DNA of 64,000 bases, taken from the NCBI RefSeq assembly GCF_963676685.1, contig NC_092353.1, positions 27,156,001 to 27,220,000 of the forward strand. The letters are read 5' to 3'. The DNA is from Mytilus edulis. Taxonomy: Eukaryota. Of the stretch, positions 1-13,100 are shown piece by piece. The notes under the pieces were generated by a model. That model did not search any database, had not been told where the DNA came from, and worked only from the letters and a program-made list of their open reading frames with translations. How positions within the stretch are numbered: the first letter of the stretch is position 1; every line of letters starts with the position of its first letter. The position numbers and the translations under genes are program-made.

Positions 1-486
1 TAATATTTAGAATTGATCTTATTTTGACATAAAATAACCATACTATTTGAATATATGAATGATTCTGGGAAGTTTTATTCTATCCCTTAATACCAGGGTT
101 TAGTCTTTCCATATTTGTTCTTAAGATATCGATTTAGTTACATTGATATAACAATATTTTTAGCGAAGTTCCTAGAATTTGCATGAATACGTGCAGATAG
201 GACCATATTGGTTATTTTTTCTTCATTTTTGTTCTTTTTTCTCTTTAATTCAAATACACTTTTAAATGACTTTCATATGAATAATAAGATAAAACTTGAT
301 CACATCCTTTCAAAACTAACATAGAAATCCCGTCATGGTGCTGGTACTTGCGGAATTAATTAACGATCGCGTATGTGCTTATTTCAAACAACATCCAAAT
401 AATTAATCAACTCCGTTTTAAAAGTGATGTTTCATTTCAAATATTTAGGTCTTTGCTAAATTTTCTATCCGACATTAAAATATAAT

Positions 487-1320
487 AAACAGCTGCGCTA
501 TGAGCGCATGATACGCCCGTCGCGTTTTCTTATAATGAAGTTCAATCACTTCTCAATGTCAAATCAGAAATTCATGAAAATTGAAAGAGAGTTTACGTCA
601 ATGTAACGATTCACATAGATTTAATGAGATCTGCTGAAAGCATTTTTGTTTTATTGCCCGAAAACTGGAAAATTCCCCCTTTTTATGAATAAAATCCCAT
701 AACTCAGAAACATAGAATCCAACATTTATAGAAAACGAAAGTGAGCTTACTTCAATAGATATAAATTATCTACTAAAGTTTTATGCGTTTTGGGGTAATT
801 GTCCGAAAACTGGAAAATCCTCCCTTTTTTTAACAATAAAACCCAAGAACTTGGCAACGATATATATATAAACAAGAATGTGTCCTCAGTACACTAATGC
901 CCCACTCGCACTATCATTTTCTATGTTCAGTGGACCGTGAAATTGGGGTAAAATCTCTAATTTGGCATTAAAATTAGAAAGATCATATCATAGGGAACAA
1001 GTGTACCAAGTTTGAAGTCGATTGGACTTCAACTTCATCAAAAACTACCTCGACCAAAAACTTTAACCTGAAGCGGGACAGACGGACGAACGAACGAACG
1101 AACGGTACGACGGACGAACGGACGCACAGACCAGAAAACATAATGCCCCTCTACTATCGTAGGTGGGGCATAAAAAAAAAGGAAAAGGAAAGGAAGCTCA
1201 CGTCAATAGATATAAACAATCAAATTGGTTAAAGCGTTTTTTGTTAATGTCCGACATGTTGAGGACGGGCAGACGGACAACGGTGTACCATAATACGTCC
1301 AGTAAAAGGGCGTATAAAAA
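487..1320 (+). mobile_element. Helentron-type non-autonomous element (HINE-like) containing a nested second HINE
   Basis: 5' AAACAGCTGCGC..GCGC..ATACGCCC, internal repeats, GGAC microsatellite, 3' hairpin ATACGTCC..GGGCGTAT followed by an A-run. Confidence 0.55.
871..1175 (+). mobile_element. Short HINE/MITE family, copy 1
   Basis: AACAAG start, (GACG/AACG)n microsatellite, 3' hairpin GCCCCTCTAC..GTAGGTGGGGC; highly similar inverted copy at 52304-52617. Confidence 0.75.
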
Positions 1321-2882
1321 TTAGGAAATACGGTTTGATTGGCAATGAGACAAATATCCACCAGAGTTCCCAATTGAAGTTAATGTAAGCAATTGACCGC
1401 CCCGTATGACCCTCAAAAATGTTTTTGAAAATATTGTTTAGTGGGCTTCAAAGGACCCCGACTTGAAATATGTGTTCAACAATTCATACAAGAAATCTAA
1501 CGGCCTAAATCATAACAAAAGCAATTATTAAAAAATACAAATATGAGACATGAACCAACGACAACCACTGAACTTCTGGCTCTTGATATGGGGACAGGCC
1601 AATAAAGAATTTGGTGAGTGACAACATTTTTCTGGGCGCTCAACCTTCCACTAACTTAAGACAGTGGTTTAACAGAACATCATAAAACAAACCTTAAAAA
1701 TCAGTTGCAATTGGCTCAACTCAAAAATGATATGTGGCACACAAACAACTAAGATAAAAATAATAGACACAAAGCACCGAAATAAGATTACTCGCAGTTA
1801 CTGAAAGTGAGTTCAAAGTCATTTACAACTACAATATATTAGATAAACTATGTTCTCCCAGAACGCTACTTAAACGTATAAAAATTAAATAAATGCATGC
1901 AACGTAAAGACAAAGTTTACCACTTTTTCATAATTTGAAATAAGAAACTATAAAAGACAAAGGCTCAAAAGGTTGAGTCAGCTATTCATTTTATCACCCC
2001 TTTTTGATGATACAGCTCCTACAAAACATTTCATTTTTTTTTCATTGTACAGATTTCAGGCGCATTACATATGCGTGCATTTGGGTTCAATTATTTTTAT
2101 ATTTGTGCGCAGCTTTTGATTACATTTTCGAGCATCTATATTTATAGATAACACAGATAAAAGGAAGATGATCAATAATAAATGATGATTGAAACGTGTG
2201 ACTGTACTTTTAAAACACTACTAACAAATAAATGTATTTTCAATGCAATAAACTAATTTAATTATTAGATCATAAATTTTTCCCAATACAAATATTTAAA
2301 AAAAAATACGTAACTAACCGTTACTGTATTTAAGAATTGAATGATTCTTTTTGTAACTTCATTGGGGTGTAAAAGCGTTGACCGAAGTACATTTTGTATG
2401 AAGCGCGGAAAAATGTGCGCAAGGTCAATGCTTTTTCTAATGTAATTATTATAATGATTCTTTTAACAGTATCTCATTATTCCTAATAGACTACACAATC
2501 ATACGTAACGGTCTTTTTTTATTTAACCTTTAATATGCTATTTTACAAATAATGTTAATGTACATTAAGTTTTATCTAAGTTGTTTGTTTCAAGACTTTT
2601 TAATAAGATATTTAATCTATTGTCTACAATATTTTTTGTTTGTTACAATTATTATTTCTGTTGGTTTATGTTGTCACACAGTGCTATAATTGTTCCTGTT
2701 TCCAATACTTTTAATTTCGCTCCTGTTCTTGGTTGTTGTCCTTTCAAAATGTTTAATTTAATTGAACCAATCAAAGCTAATAATATACCAATAATTTGAA
2801 TATCTTGTACCTGATTTGAATAGAATTATAATTTCGTCTTAATGTGAAATAGTTCTTCACGTCATCTTTTTTAACTGCTTAA

Positions 2883-3155
2883 GGTGGTACCCAACACTTT
2901 CACTAAAATTAATTTGGCTTGTTTAATTTTCATAAAATTTTGACACAGTATTTACTTTGACCCTTTAACAAAAATATAAAAAATTCAAAAAATTTGAACC
3001 AACTGTTTAATCAGAAAAATTACACTGGTTATATAGCAGTTTGACAAACACTTAATTTGATCATTGAGATGCTTAATATTCCCTTAACAACACAACGCCA
3101 TTAAAACGTTCTGCTGATTTTACAGAGTTATCTCCCTGTAGTGTTAGGTACCACC
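2883..3155. mobile_element. Kolobok-like MITE
   Basis: TTAA target duplication on both sides; TIR GGTGGTACC(C/T)AACACT; RR...YY termini. Confidence 0.75.
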
Positions 3156-3662
3156 TTAACATTAAATATGGAATTACGTTTTTTTTTAGTTTTTTTTTTT
3201 TTTTTTTTACAATAGTGTGCACATGAGTTTAATCGGGTTTTAAAAGACTGTGACATGCGACTAGAGTTGTTTCACACAAAGTGTTGGGAGAGATCAATCC
3301 GCTAATTATACAATAAAAAAAGTGTAATAATTTTTAATAATTTATCGTGCTCATGTTATTACCTGAAAGTAGAAACGATTTAATAATGACTAAATCACGT
3401 TAACAATATTATACGGTTTACATTTTTTTATAAAGAGTTGATGTCTGTGACAAACAAAACAGAAAATATCTATTTTTCATTTACACGTTTCTTTGTATAA
3501 TAAATACGTGTGTAATAAACGAAAGAAGCATGGCAGATGATAGTACAACTATACGTAAATACTTATACAATAATGTGGGTTTGACATAATACTCAAAAAT
3601 CTTCCTACACAAGTAAAACGGTAATTAATTCGTCGTTTCACAATGTATTGAACCACTCTACA

Positions 3663-3670
3663 TATAAATA
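3663..3670 (+). promoter_or_regulatory. Candidate TATA box of TPH
   Basis: TATAAATA about 210 nt upstream of the inferred ATG; such motifs are common in AT-rich DNA. Confidence 0.35.
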
Positions 3671-3880
3671 GAAACATTCAACTGTAACTAAATAGATGCC
3701 TATTTGAGGAGACGCTGGCCAATTCTATATCTAATTCAAAATTTGACTTGCAAATCAAACTATTCCGAAAAGACTAAGCTCCTCAATTTGGAAACCAGAC
3801 GGACTGTCTTACATTTTAACTGCTCGAAATAATTTCATGAATTAACGTTGAAATCTCAAAAACTAAAACTGGGTAATTGT

Positions 3881-4183
3881 ATGGAAGCTTATAAGGCCGC
3901 ATTGAAAAATTCAGCATTTTGCGGCCCAGAAGTGATGCAAAACGGAATAGAGAAAAGGGAAGTTGGAAAAATAGAACATGTTGGTAAAAATGATCAGTTT
4001 GTGAAAGTCGACCATGTTGTGAAGCAAGAACATGTAAAAGTTGATCAATTTGTGAAGCCCGAAAATGTGAAAGCTGACGAAGTTGTTAAACGAAATCAAT
4101 TTGCAAAAGTGGAAAATTTCAGGAGGAAAAGGCGATGTAAAAGTATATCTGCACAATCTATTAATGAAATATCCGATCTTGAG
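3881..4183 (+). CDS. TPH: TPH exon 1 (N-terminal extension with degenerate V-K repeats)
   Basis: ATG at 3881, open frame, strong donor GAG|GTAAGT, phase 0 matching exon 2, TATA box upstream. Not homologous to known TPH N-termini, so the assignment is inferred. Confidence 0.7.
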
Positions 4184-7100
4184 GTAAGTTGATTTTCTGT
4201 AATATTATTTTTCATAATTTTGATAAACTTGAAAGTTTAAATAAAATGATAATTGATCATAATTGTCAAACAATTTAAACAGTGTCACCTGAAGTAAAAT
4301 AAATACTTCGCTCAACTAAAAACCTTTTAAAAAATGACGGAAAACGGAAATGCTCTTGTCTTTTTACAGTCCAAAGTACAAAAGACATGTGTATTGAGCG
4401 CTTGATTTTAACTCATTATAGCGAGAGAAAATTTATTTTGTGTACTTATTTGAACCTGCTGTAACAGCACTGTCCCAGAATATTATAGGTAGAGCGCATA
4501 AAAACATGTTTAACTCCACCACATTCTTTTATATGTGTCTGATGTTAGGAGACTGTAATGCAGTGGTTGCCATATTTACTTTTTGTTTGTTGTTTTAGCA
4601 GAAATTAGGCTGTTGATGTTTTCTTGTATTATCTTTCATTTTCTCATGCATGTGCCCTTTTATATCTTACTTTGAGTTGTCCCCATTGTTGAAGGTCATA
4701 CAGGTACATAAACACATTTGGTGACTTTGGATTGTAGTTTCAACGAGAATTTTAGCACATTTTTTTTTTGGTTAGTATAATGATAAATTTAGTTTTGTCA
4801 GAACAGCACCTTACTATTTCATATTCAGTAAAATAAAACAAACATTGTGTACCTGACAACTGTGCACATTAAAACCAATGGTCGTATTGGTTTCTGTCTT
4901 TTCTTTCATTTTCATATCAAATATAAACTAGCGTGAAGCTAGCCGTCGATTTTTTTAGTTCTAAAATATTTATCGAAAAAGTCAATGATTTTTCTTGGCT
5001 TTTCCATTCTTTGTACATCCGACAAAGAACTACGTCACATATTGCACTTTTTGGTCTTGATTATATCATCAACAGTTATTTCCATGTTGAAACCAGCATA
5101 AAGAAATACTAAATGTTTAGTTGAAGTAACATGTATATGTGTATAACAAGTATTATTCAACTTTGTAAGCTTTCGTGTTCATTCATTATTTTTGATAAAA
5201 CTCAAACTTGTTAAATAATACATCCATCGTCTTCTCATTGTTGAAGGTCGTACAGTATCATGTGGTTGCTTACATCCCCTTATTTCTTCATTTGAACAGT
5301 GGTGGATAGTTCTCTCATTCGCAATCATACCACATCTCTTTATTTTCATTACATTTATTTTTTGTAGGAGTTTTGAGGAATAACCAAAAGTCCATTTTGC
5401 CCAACATTTTATTAAAAAAATCAAAATCTTTTGATTGACCGAATGTTTGATTTATGAAAAATTAAAATTTACGTTGTATTTTCTCTTTTCCAATGTTTAG
5501 AGGGTGGTTCTAGTCATTTTGTCGTCAAAAGTTGACAGAATAAGTCAAAAGTGGAACACTTTATCATGCAATTACCAGTTGACCTTCTACCAAAATGCAC
5601 TTTTTTTGTTAAAAAAAACAGCCCGATTGTCGATGGTGTCGTTGTATATTTCAAAACAACAGTCATGTTGCTTTAAATTGTTACAGTACATGGTTGTAGA
5701 ATAGAATTAACCATTAACAACGAAAATTTTGTAAATTCGAATTGGTGTAAAACATTTGATAATGCAAGTAATTTTGTATATGAATTTTAATTGTATATCT
5801 ATTTTTGAAAGCTAATTCGATCAATGTTATATTTTAAAAAAAAAAGCAATGATGGCGTTTATATAAATGTAGCCATTAACACGTCTATTGTAAAGTGGTC
5901 ATTTACTATTATTACGTTGAATTAGCAAAAGCAACACAGCTGTATTGTAGAACATGGTGTGCACATGACAGGGAATTAAAAGCTATTATGTGTATCAGTC
6001 AATTCCTTATAATGAATTAATAACTCTTTTGACTGCATTCTCTCTGGTTGATTTATAATCAAAATGAAAGAATATGAAATGAGGCAATGAGATCGAATAT
6101 AGTTAATACAACACTGACAGAGTTATGACAAGTTTCTTCAACTGAAACACGACAAGCTAAAAAACATTCTGCGTATAGATGTAAGTAGAAGATTGTATAA
6201 CTTAAACGCAGCCAAAAGAAAACCTTAGACAAATATGAACAAAAAAACACAGTTGAAGGTGCTCATATTAATCTTTTAGTGTATCAAGAATTTGATGTGA
6301 TGACGAAGGATATATTTTAAAACGTACTATATATATTTTTTTTTAAACTCCTATTTTTTTTATATCTAATGTGATCCAGGTAAACATTGGAATTTTCAGT
6401 TTTTCATTTTACGAATCCAACAAACGCCATTAAAATGCAATAAATACACATAACCTTGGCATTACTTTTACCAGGTCTGCTCGATTTCAAAAGATTTAAA
6501 AGTCAAATTTATATCTTTAACAGAATCGAATAAAATTGAGAATGGAAACATATATGTACTGTAAAATTTAAATATTAGAATGTGTCGAAAAAAATCCACA
6601 TGTTCTGATCTAGTTGAAATTGCGTTTGATATTTTTGTGCCTGTTAAAGTTCTTTCAACAAGATATTATAAAATTAGAAACATATTTGGATGCTATATCG
6701 ACATATTTCATAATCAACGATTTTTTTCATCTGCGTCTGCAAAAAGAATGCTCACAAATCCACCTATTTATATGCAAATGAAATGGCGCCATAATTCAGA
6801 TAGCATCAAAGATTGTCTGTAAATTAGGAGATTTGTAATTATTGATTTGGGTCACCTAAGGTCGACAATGGTATTCAAATTGCAATACATAATATTATAC
6901 ACAAAACTGAATTTTACATTAGGCTTGAAAACTCCCACACGCAAAGATATTTATGTTTAAAAGTTTCCCTTAAACGAATCACCATCATTTGATGCCTTTT
7001 TCAATGTCTTTGGGTCATTTAAATCTTTCTAATAGTATTTTTACATACATAATACTTAATTTTACAAACAGATACAACTAACTCGTATCTGTATTGGTAA

Positions 7101-10100
7101 AATATTCCAAGGTGACCAATCATCTTACATTTTATTAGACTACCATTCCTATCTATTCTACGTCTTTGGTTTCGTTTAACCATCCAACTTCTGTAACTTT
7201 TGGAATCTAACATTGCCGATCTTTTCATTGTTTTGTTTTTTGCTGTTAACAAATACCATATTGTGCTAGAATGCTATTTGTCAACGATTGTATTAGTATA
7301 CAATGTACTTAAGGTTTCCGTTCCTGCATAGATGTAGGCCTGTTCTCTGGATTTAATCTGTATTATGTATGTTCGACACGATTAACAGCTTGTAAACTGT
7401 GCAATTCACGACTCATTTATCCAACTCGATTGTTACTTAACATCCCTATTAACATCTTCTTGTGTTTCTTGTACTCTCAACTTCTTTATTTATCATTCTA
7501 TAAAAGCATTTGGATGATATTGATGGCATCTACAGCCCATCAGGATTAGGCAAAACAACATCGATAGTATTCAGTCTTAAAGATCAAGTGGGATGTCTGG
7601 CGAACGCACTCAAGATTTTTCAGGTATTTATCTATGTTCACTTTTGATTTTATTTTTTTTTTGATTCACTTAAATTTTAGTAGTTCTAAATTAAAAATTA
7701 TGCTTTTATATGCTTTAACACTGATGTCAGACACCTTACATAATATGGCATTCTGTAAAAGGCCAAGTCAATTATTTAACAAGACATGACGAACTAGACA
7801 ATGTCAGCTAGTTCAATAATTTTGCAAAAGAGGATAAACTGTCGATTCCGTTTACCTTATGATTTTGGTATTGTAGAAATTCATGCGTTTTGTAGACTGT
7901 AACCGTTCTTCAATAGACAACTTTCGATGTCGATGCATTTCCGTCAAAAACTCTGGTTTTAGTGAACATCATTCGTGCGTTTAGTGGTATCGTCACTTCC
8001 GTTCAAATGTTGAGCGAGTGGTTGGCAAATAATAATACTATATTGCACGATTTATTCGACAAATTAAATTCTCATAATTGGCAATCAAGCACTGCTGTCA
8101 TTAGGGAATTGTGATTAAGTACTTACAAAACATATATTATTTCTAGTTTATCCTGCATAATGACGATCACTAGGACGCTTGATGAACGTTAATAGTGCAG
8201 GGATACAGGAGATCTCCTCTATCTGGTAAATGACGTCACTAATATAGGCGCTCCTAATTGACGAGTTTTTACCGGTGACGGATGAACTCGAAAGTAGTCT
8301 ATTATTTACACTAAATCCGTTGGATGTGTACTGATTGTTACATTAGTCTGAGAGAACACGATTTATGTATTAGTTTTGATTGGCTCTGAGCCTGCTTTCA
8401 GTAACTTCGACTACTGTTATATCGGTTCTTTGTGTCTCCTTTTTTTTATGTTAGTTGGTTTTTTTTATGCTTCGTACCCATCTATGGTCATCTATTGAGG
8501 AAAGCCATTTGCTGTTTTTACATATTTTTTCTTATATAATGTTACACGTTTTTCCCTGTCTAGGTGGGAGGTTTACGAACCTGTTTAACCCCGACACATT
8601 CTGTATGTGTTCGACCCAATCATGGAGTTTGTAAATGTAATAGCGTTGTCATTTTATTTTCGACAAATTAGTTTTCATGTCACTTTAAAATCTTCTGCCT
8701 CTCTTATAGAGGATTCGGTGTTGCGTAGTGCATGTTTTCTCACGTTTGATACTACGTAATTGTCATAGAAACTGTACGTTATATCATCTACTAGTACAAG
8801 GTGTAAATTGGATCATTCGTGTTGATAACAATATGTATTTTTAAAGGTTATAAAGTGGACGAAAAACGCGATCTCACCAACACTTATAAAATTAAATTTG
8901 AATTAATTTTCTCAATGAGCTACATTTTTGCTTTGGTTCCTATATGTCTTAAATTGGTTGTGTTCAGTTATCTTCCTCGATATAGTTGTCATAAAAATAT
9001 CTGTATAAATATTCTAAAATCAGAATGATTTATTTTTAAATTTTATTACATAAAAAAATCCCTTCCCATCTAGAAAAGAGTGCTTAAATGGAACACATAT
9101 GACCTTACAGATATTTGGCTAATACACAATTATGCAAATTTCTCAAGGCCGATTAATGTACTTTGCCTCTGAAATGCCACCTGCTTTGTTTGTTGTCATG
9201 ATGATGTGTAGGTCGTTATGTATAAAGGTCATATATACAACCGTCTTTCTTATTTTTTACAAACTGTGACGTCTTTATAATATTTCTTTGAATGATGATA
9301 CAATTATACCACTGTTTGTCGACTTTGTCTTAATTGTGGATTAAAAACTGTAAGTTAAATTCTTTTCATTTTATTATTGACAGAAGTTTATTACTAGTAT
9401 ATTGTATCTGTCGTTTTTGTCTCAATAGTGATGAATCCTCAATTAAAATGTTTTAGGAACACCACATCAATGTTGTTCGTATAGAATCCAGGAGGTCAAG
9501 GCGTAGTGATTCTATGTATGATATTTATATGGATATAGAGACGGATAACATCCGACTGGAAGAATTAATCAAGCGACTCAAGAAAGAGGTCAACAGTATA
9601 TCATACAACGATCTTCCTATACCGCCATCACCGGCTACCGCTTCACGTATTACTTATTTAGGTAGGTAGCAAATGAAGTATCTTCACTGTAGGCATTTTC
9701 TCTATTCTTTATACACAATCCTGAAATTTACAAATTTTCGACTAGCTTTTGGTATTAAGATGCTTATTCGGAATAATGAAAGGCGTTTTTCCAAGCTCCA
9801 AAATGTAACATCCAATCAGATTGATAAAAAAAAATCTGTCACAGTCACATTGCTTATTCAAAGTGGTACACTTCTGTTATCAAACATGAGTAATGGTGCC
9901 ACCGAAGCAAGTAAAAACCACTTCCGGAGCAAATGTGTTCACGTTTTATTGCTAGGCCTGTTTCTCAATAGTTGTTCTCATTGATTGTTGTTTAATATTT
10001 GTTTGTGTTTATATCTTACTTTTAACTTTTGTTTTATCATCTTTGGGTTCTGACTGTTTGTTAAATGATTGTCTCCCTTTTATTTTCAGACGATGAACTA

Positions 10101-13100
10101 CAGAATATACCGTGGTTTCCTAGAAAGGTATCTGACCTAGATAAGTCTGCGAATAGAGTATTGATGTATGGATCAGAGCTTGATGCTGATCATCCGGTAT
10201 GTTTTTTTTTTACTTTATCATTTACAAGACTCCCGAGACCAAAATGTAGTTTGCGAACCACAGTATAGTTACTTTTTTTAACTCTTCATAAAAATATAAG
10301 TAGTCTGACAAACCTTAAGTGGGCTTTTCGACGACTTGTCTTATAACAATCCGATAGACATATGTCAATCTTGAATATAAGTATGAATATACGAATATTT
10401 TATTCCGATTAAAATAATTTGGCGAAGCAATTGGAATAGTATTTAGATAATATTATTCTAATACATGCGTAAATATAAATACGTTTATTTTGCCAAAGAA
10501 GACCGTGTGTAATTGTGTGAAAGTTTGACATAATTGAAATTTACCTGTATGCACGACTTATTTCGGTTGATGAGTATATCTATATCGCTTTTAATATAAT
10601 GCATTTTTTTATTCCAACATTTCGGTCATCATTTCTAAAAAAAACAAAAAGTATTAAATTTAGTGGTGCTCACGAAATATACCATTGAATATTAAAGATC
10701 CATTCATTTCTCGGTGTTGTGTGCCATCTGCCCGATTCAGTGGGCAAATGATGACAGTGAAGAAAAAAATACATTTTAGATATGAGGGTAGTAATGCTAA
10801 ATAATGCTCAAGACAGGGTAGTTTAACTATATAACGCTGCAGAACTCATTTTCAAATATTCTATAATAAATTCTTTTATTTGAATTTTAAAAAAAACCTT
10901 AAAAATAAACTCATAGATACTAGGATTAAAATTTTATATTTACACCAAACGTGCGTCTACAAAAGACTCATCAGTGAAGCTCAAATCAAAAAATGTTAAA
11001 AAGGCCAAATAAAGTACGAAGTTGAAGAGCATTGAAGACCAAAAATTCTTAAAAGTTTAGCCAAATACAGCAAAGGTAATCTATTCCTGAGGTGGAAAAG
11101 CCTTAAGTTTTTCAAAAATTCAAAGTTTTGTCAACATTGATCAATTGATAATTATGAGCATATCAATGATAACTCAACTCAACACAGAAGTGCTGACTAC
11201 TGGGCTGGTGATACCCTCAGGGAATTAAAAGTCCACCAGCAGTGGGTTGGCATCGACCCAGTGATTGTAAATAAACTTATCATAGATACAAGGATTGAAA
11301 TTTTATATTAACGCCACACAGTATTGATAAGATTCTTAAGATTGCCAACACAAACAACGATTCTACGTAAAAATGAAATTATATCGTAAAGAAAGACCAA
11401 TATTTTGAGACAAAAAACTGACATTCGTCAGCCTCAGTTTAATTTACAAAGAGATGAAGTTATTCATATATATATATGGTAATTTTGCGCTTTACGATAC
11501 TTCAGAGTACAACGTAAATCTTGCCAATCTTTGTATTTCACACAAAATAAATTTGTGTTAATAGTAAAAGTAGCTTTTAACCTAAGAATGTACCAATGTG
11601 TTATAAAGTCCTCATGTCATGTAGTTATCACATTTTCATGAATAAATATTTAAAAACGGCGACACAATAAATATACAAATTACCACGTTGAAAGGGGTGA
11701 AAAGTTCAGATATTTCAAATCCATCTGGCATACTTTTGTTATTTTTTTTATTTCTTTCCTTATCAATATCACTGACTTTATGTATGTATTTCTTTAATTG
11801 TCATTTATTTATTTCTGTCCATTCGTATTGTTAGATATGGCTTATGGTAAAGGTAAATACTTGTTTTTATATATCTTGTCTCTGTTGTATATATATATAT
11901 TGAAACGAAGTTTTAACTTTTCAGGGATTCAAAGACAAGGTTTATAGATTAAGAAGAAAAATATTTGCAGACATTGCTTTCAAGTACAAATAGTAAGTTT
12001 AAGTACTAAACAGAGATTGAGTTATGCTTTTGGTGCTATTTCTATGATAGTCTTTTGACTTGCAAGAAAAACACCGATTCCATCAGTGTGACCACCTGCT
12101 CGTTGTAAGGAATAGACTTCTTCCATATAGAGTAACCTATCTGGTGATCAACAGGATGTCAGCTTAAGTACAAAAATGTATACGAGTTGACTTTCTTGAC
12201 CGAACTAGCTTGTTTTAAAGTCAAAGAAATATGGTATCAAAGAAAAAAAACATACTCAACACAATCTATTTAAAATATAGAACTCGGATTTCGTTATACT
12301 CCATTCAAAATCCGAGTTCTACATTTTAAATAGATTAACTCTGCACAAAAGTCTAAAAATCTGTGTCTAATTTATTTGCGAATTAATTTTTTTAATTTAA
12401 ATTAGGATTTAAAACAAACTATCCTTGAAATATGAAATTTTGCTTTTTGATAACGTCTTCGGTCTTTGTAGATTCACATTTATTCAGATCGTTTTAGATA
12501 CAATTTTTTTCATTTCCCTAGCATTTGATTCTAAATGATCAAGATTACGGTTGTCCACTAGTATTAGATTGTTTTACTTTTCCAAGAGAGCTCGTCAAAA
12601 CGTTGTTGATAGACGTATGATTTTTTTTTACACAATAGAAGATTCAACATGTGAGCCTTATCAAACCATTATAGTTTTACTGCTTTTGTGTGATTAAAAT
12701 GCATTGTATTATCTGGATGCAAAAAGGCTCCTTGCTTAAACCTTCTAGAACCACCTATTCTTTTATCTTTATGGAATGAAATCAAGCTGTAGATATTTAT
12801 GTGACAATCAGGACGTAAAATTGGCCTTGGAGGAGTAATTTTATTTTCCACTTCGATTACCTTTTAAGGTAAAAACAAATTGACGTGCCATGATTCATTA
12901 ACGTCATATCGGGAGGGATAACTATAAAATATGTATACAATTTTCTAACGTGAAATCAAAGAAATTATTTCGACATATAGAACTTCGGTAGTGCCATAAA
13001 AGGATAATTTGTTGTGATTGTATCCTAACTCATGAATAGTTATTGCTGATCAGTTAATGTCGTAGACCTTTTGTTTTATCTCGGTATCATTCTTGGCAAA

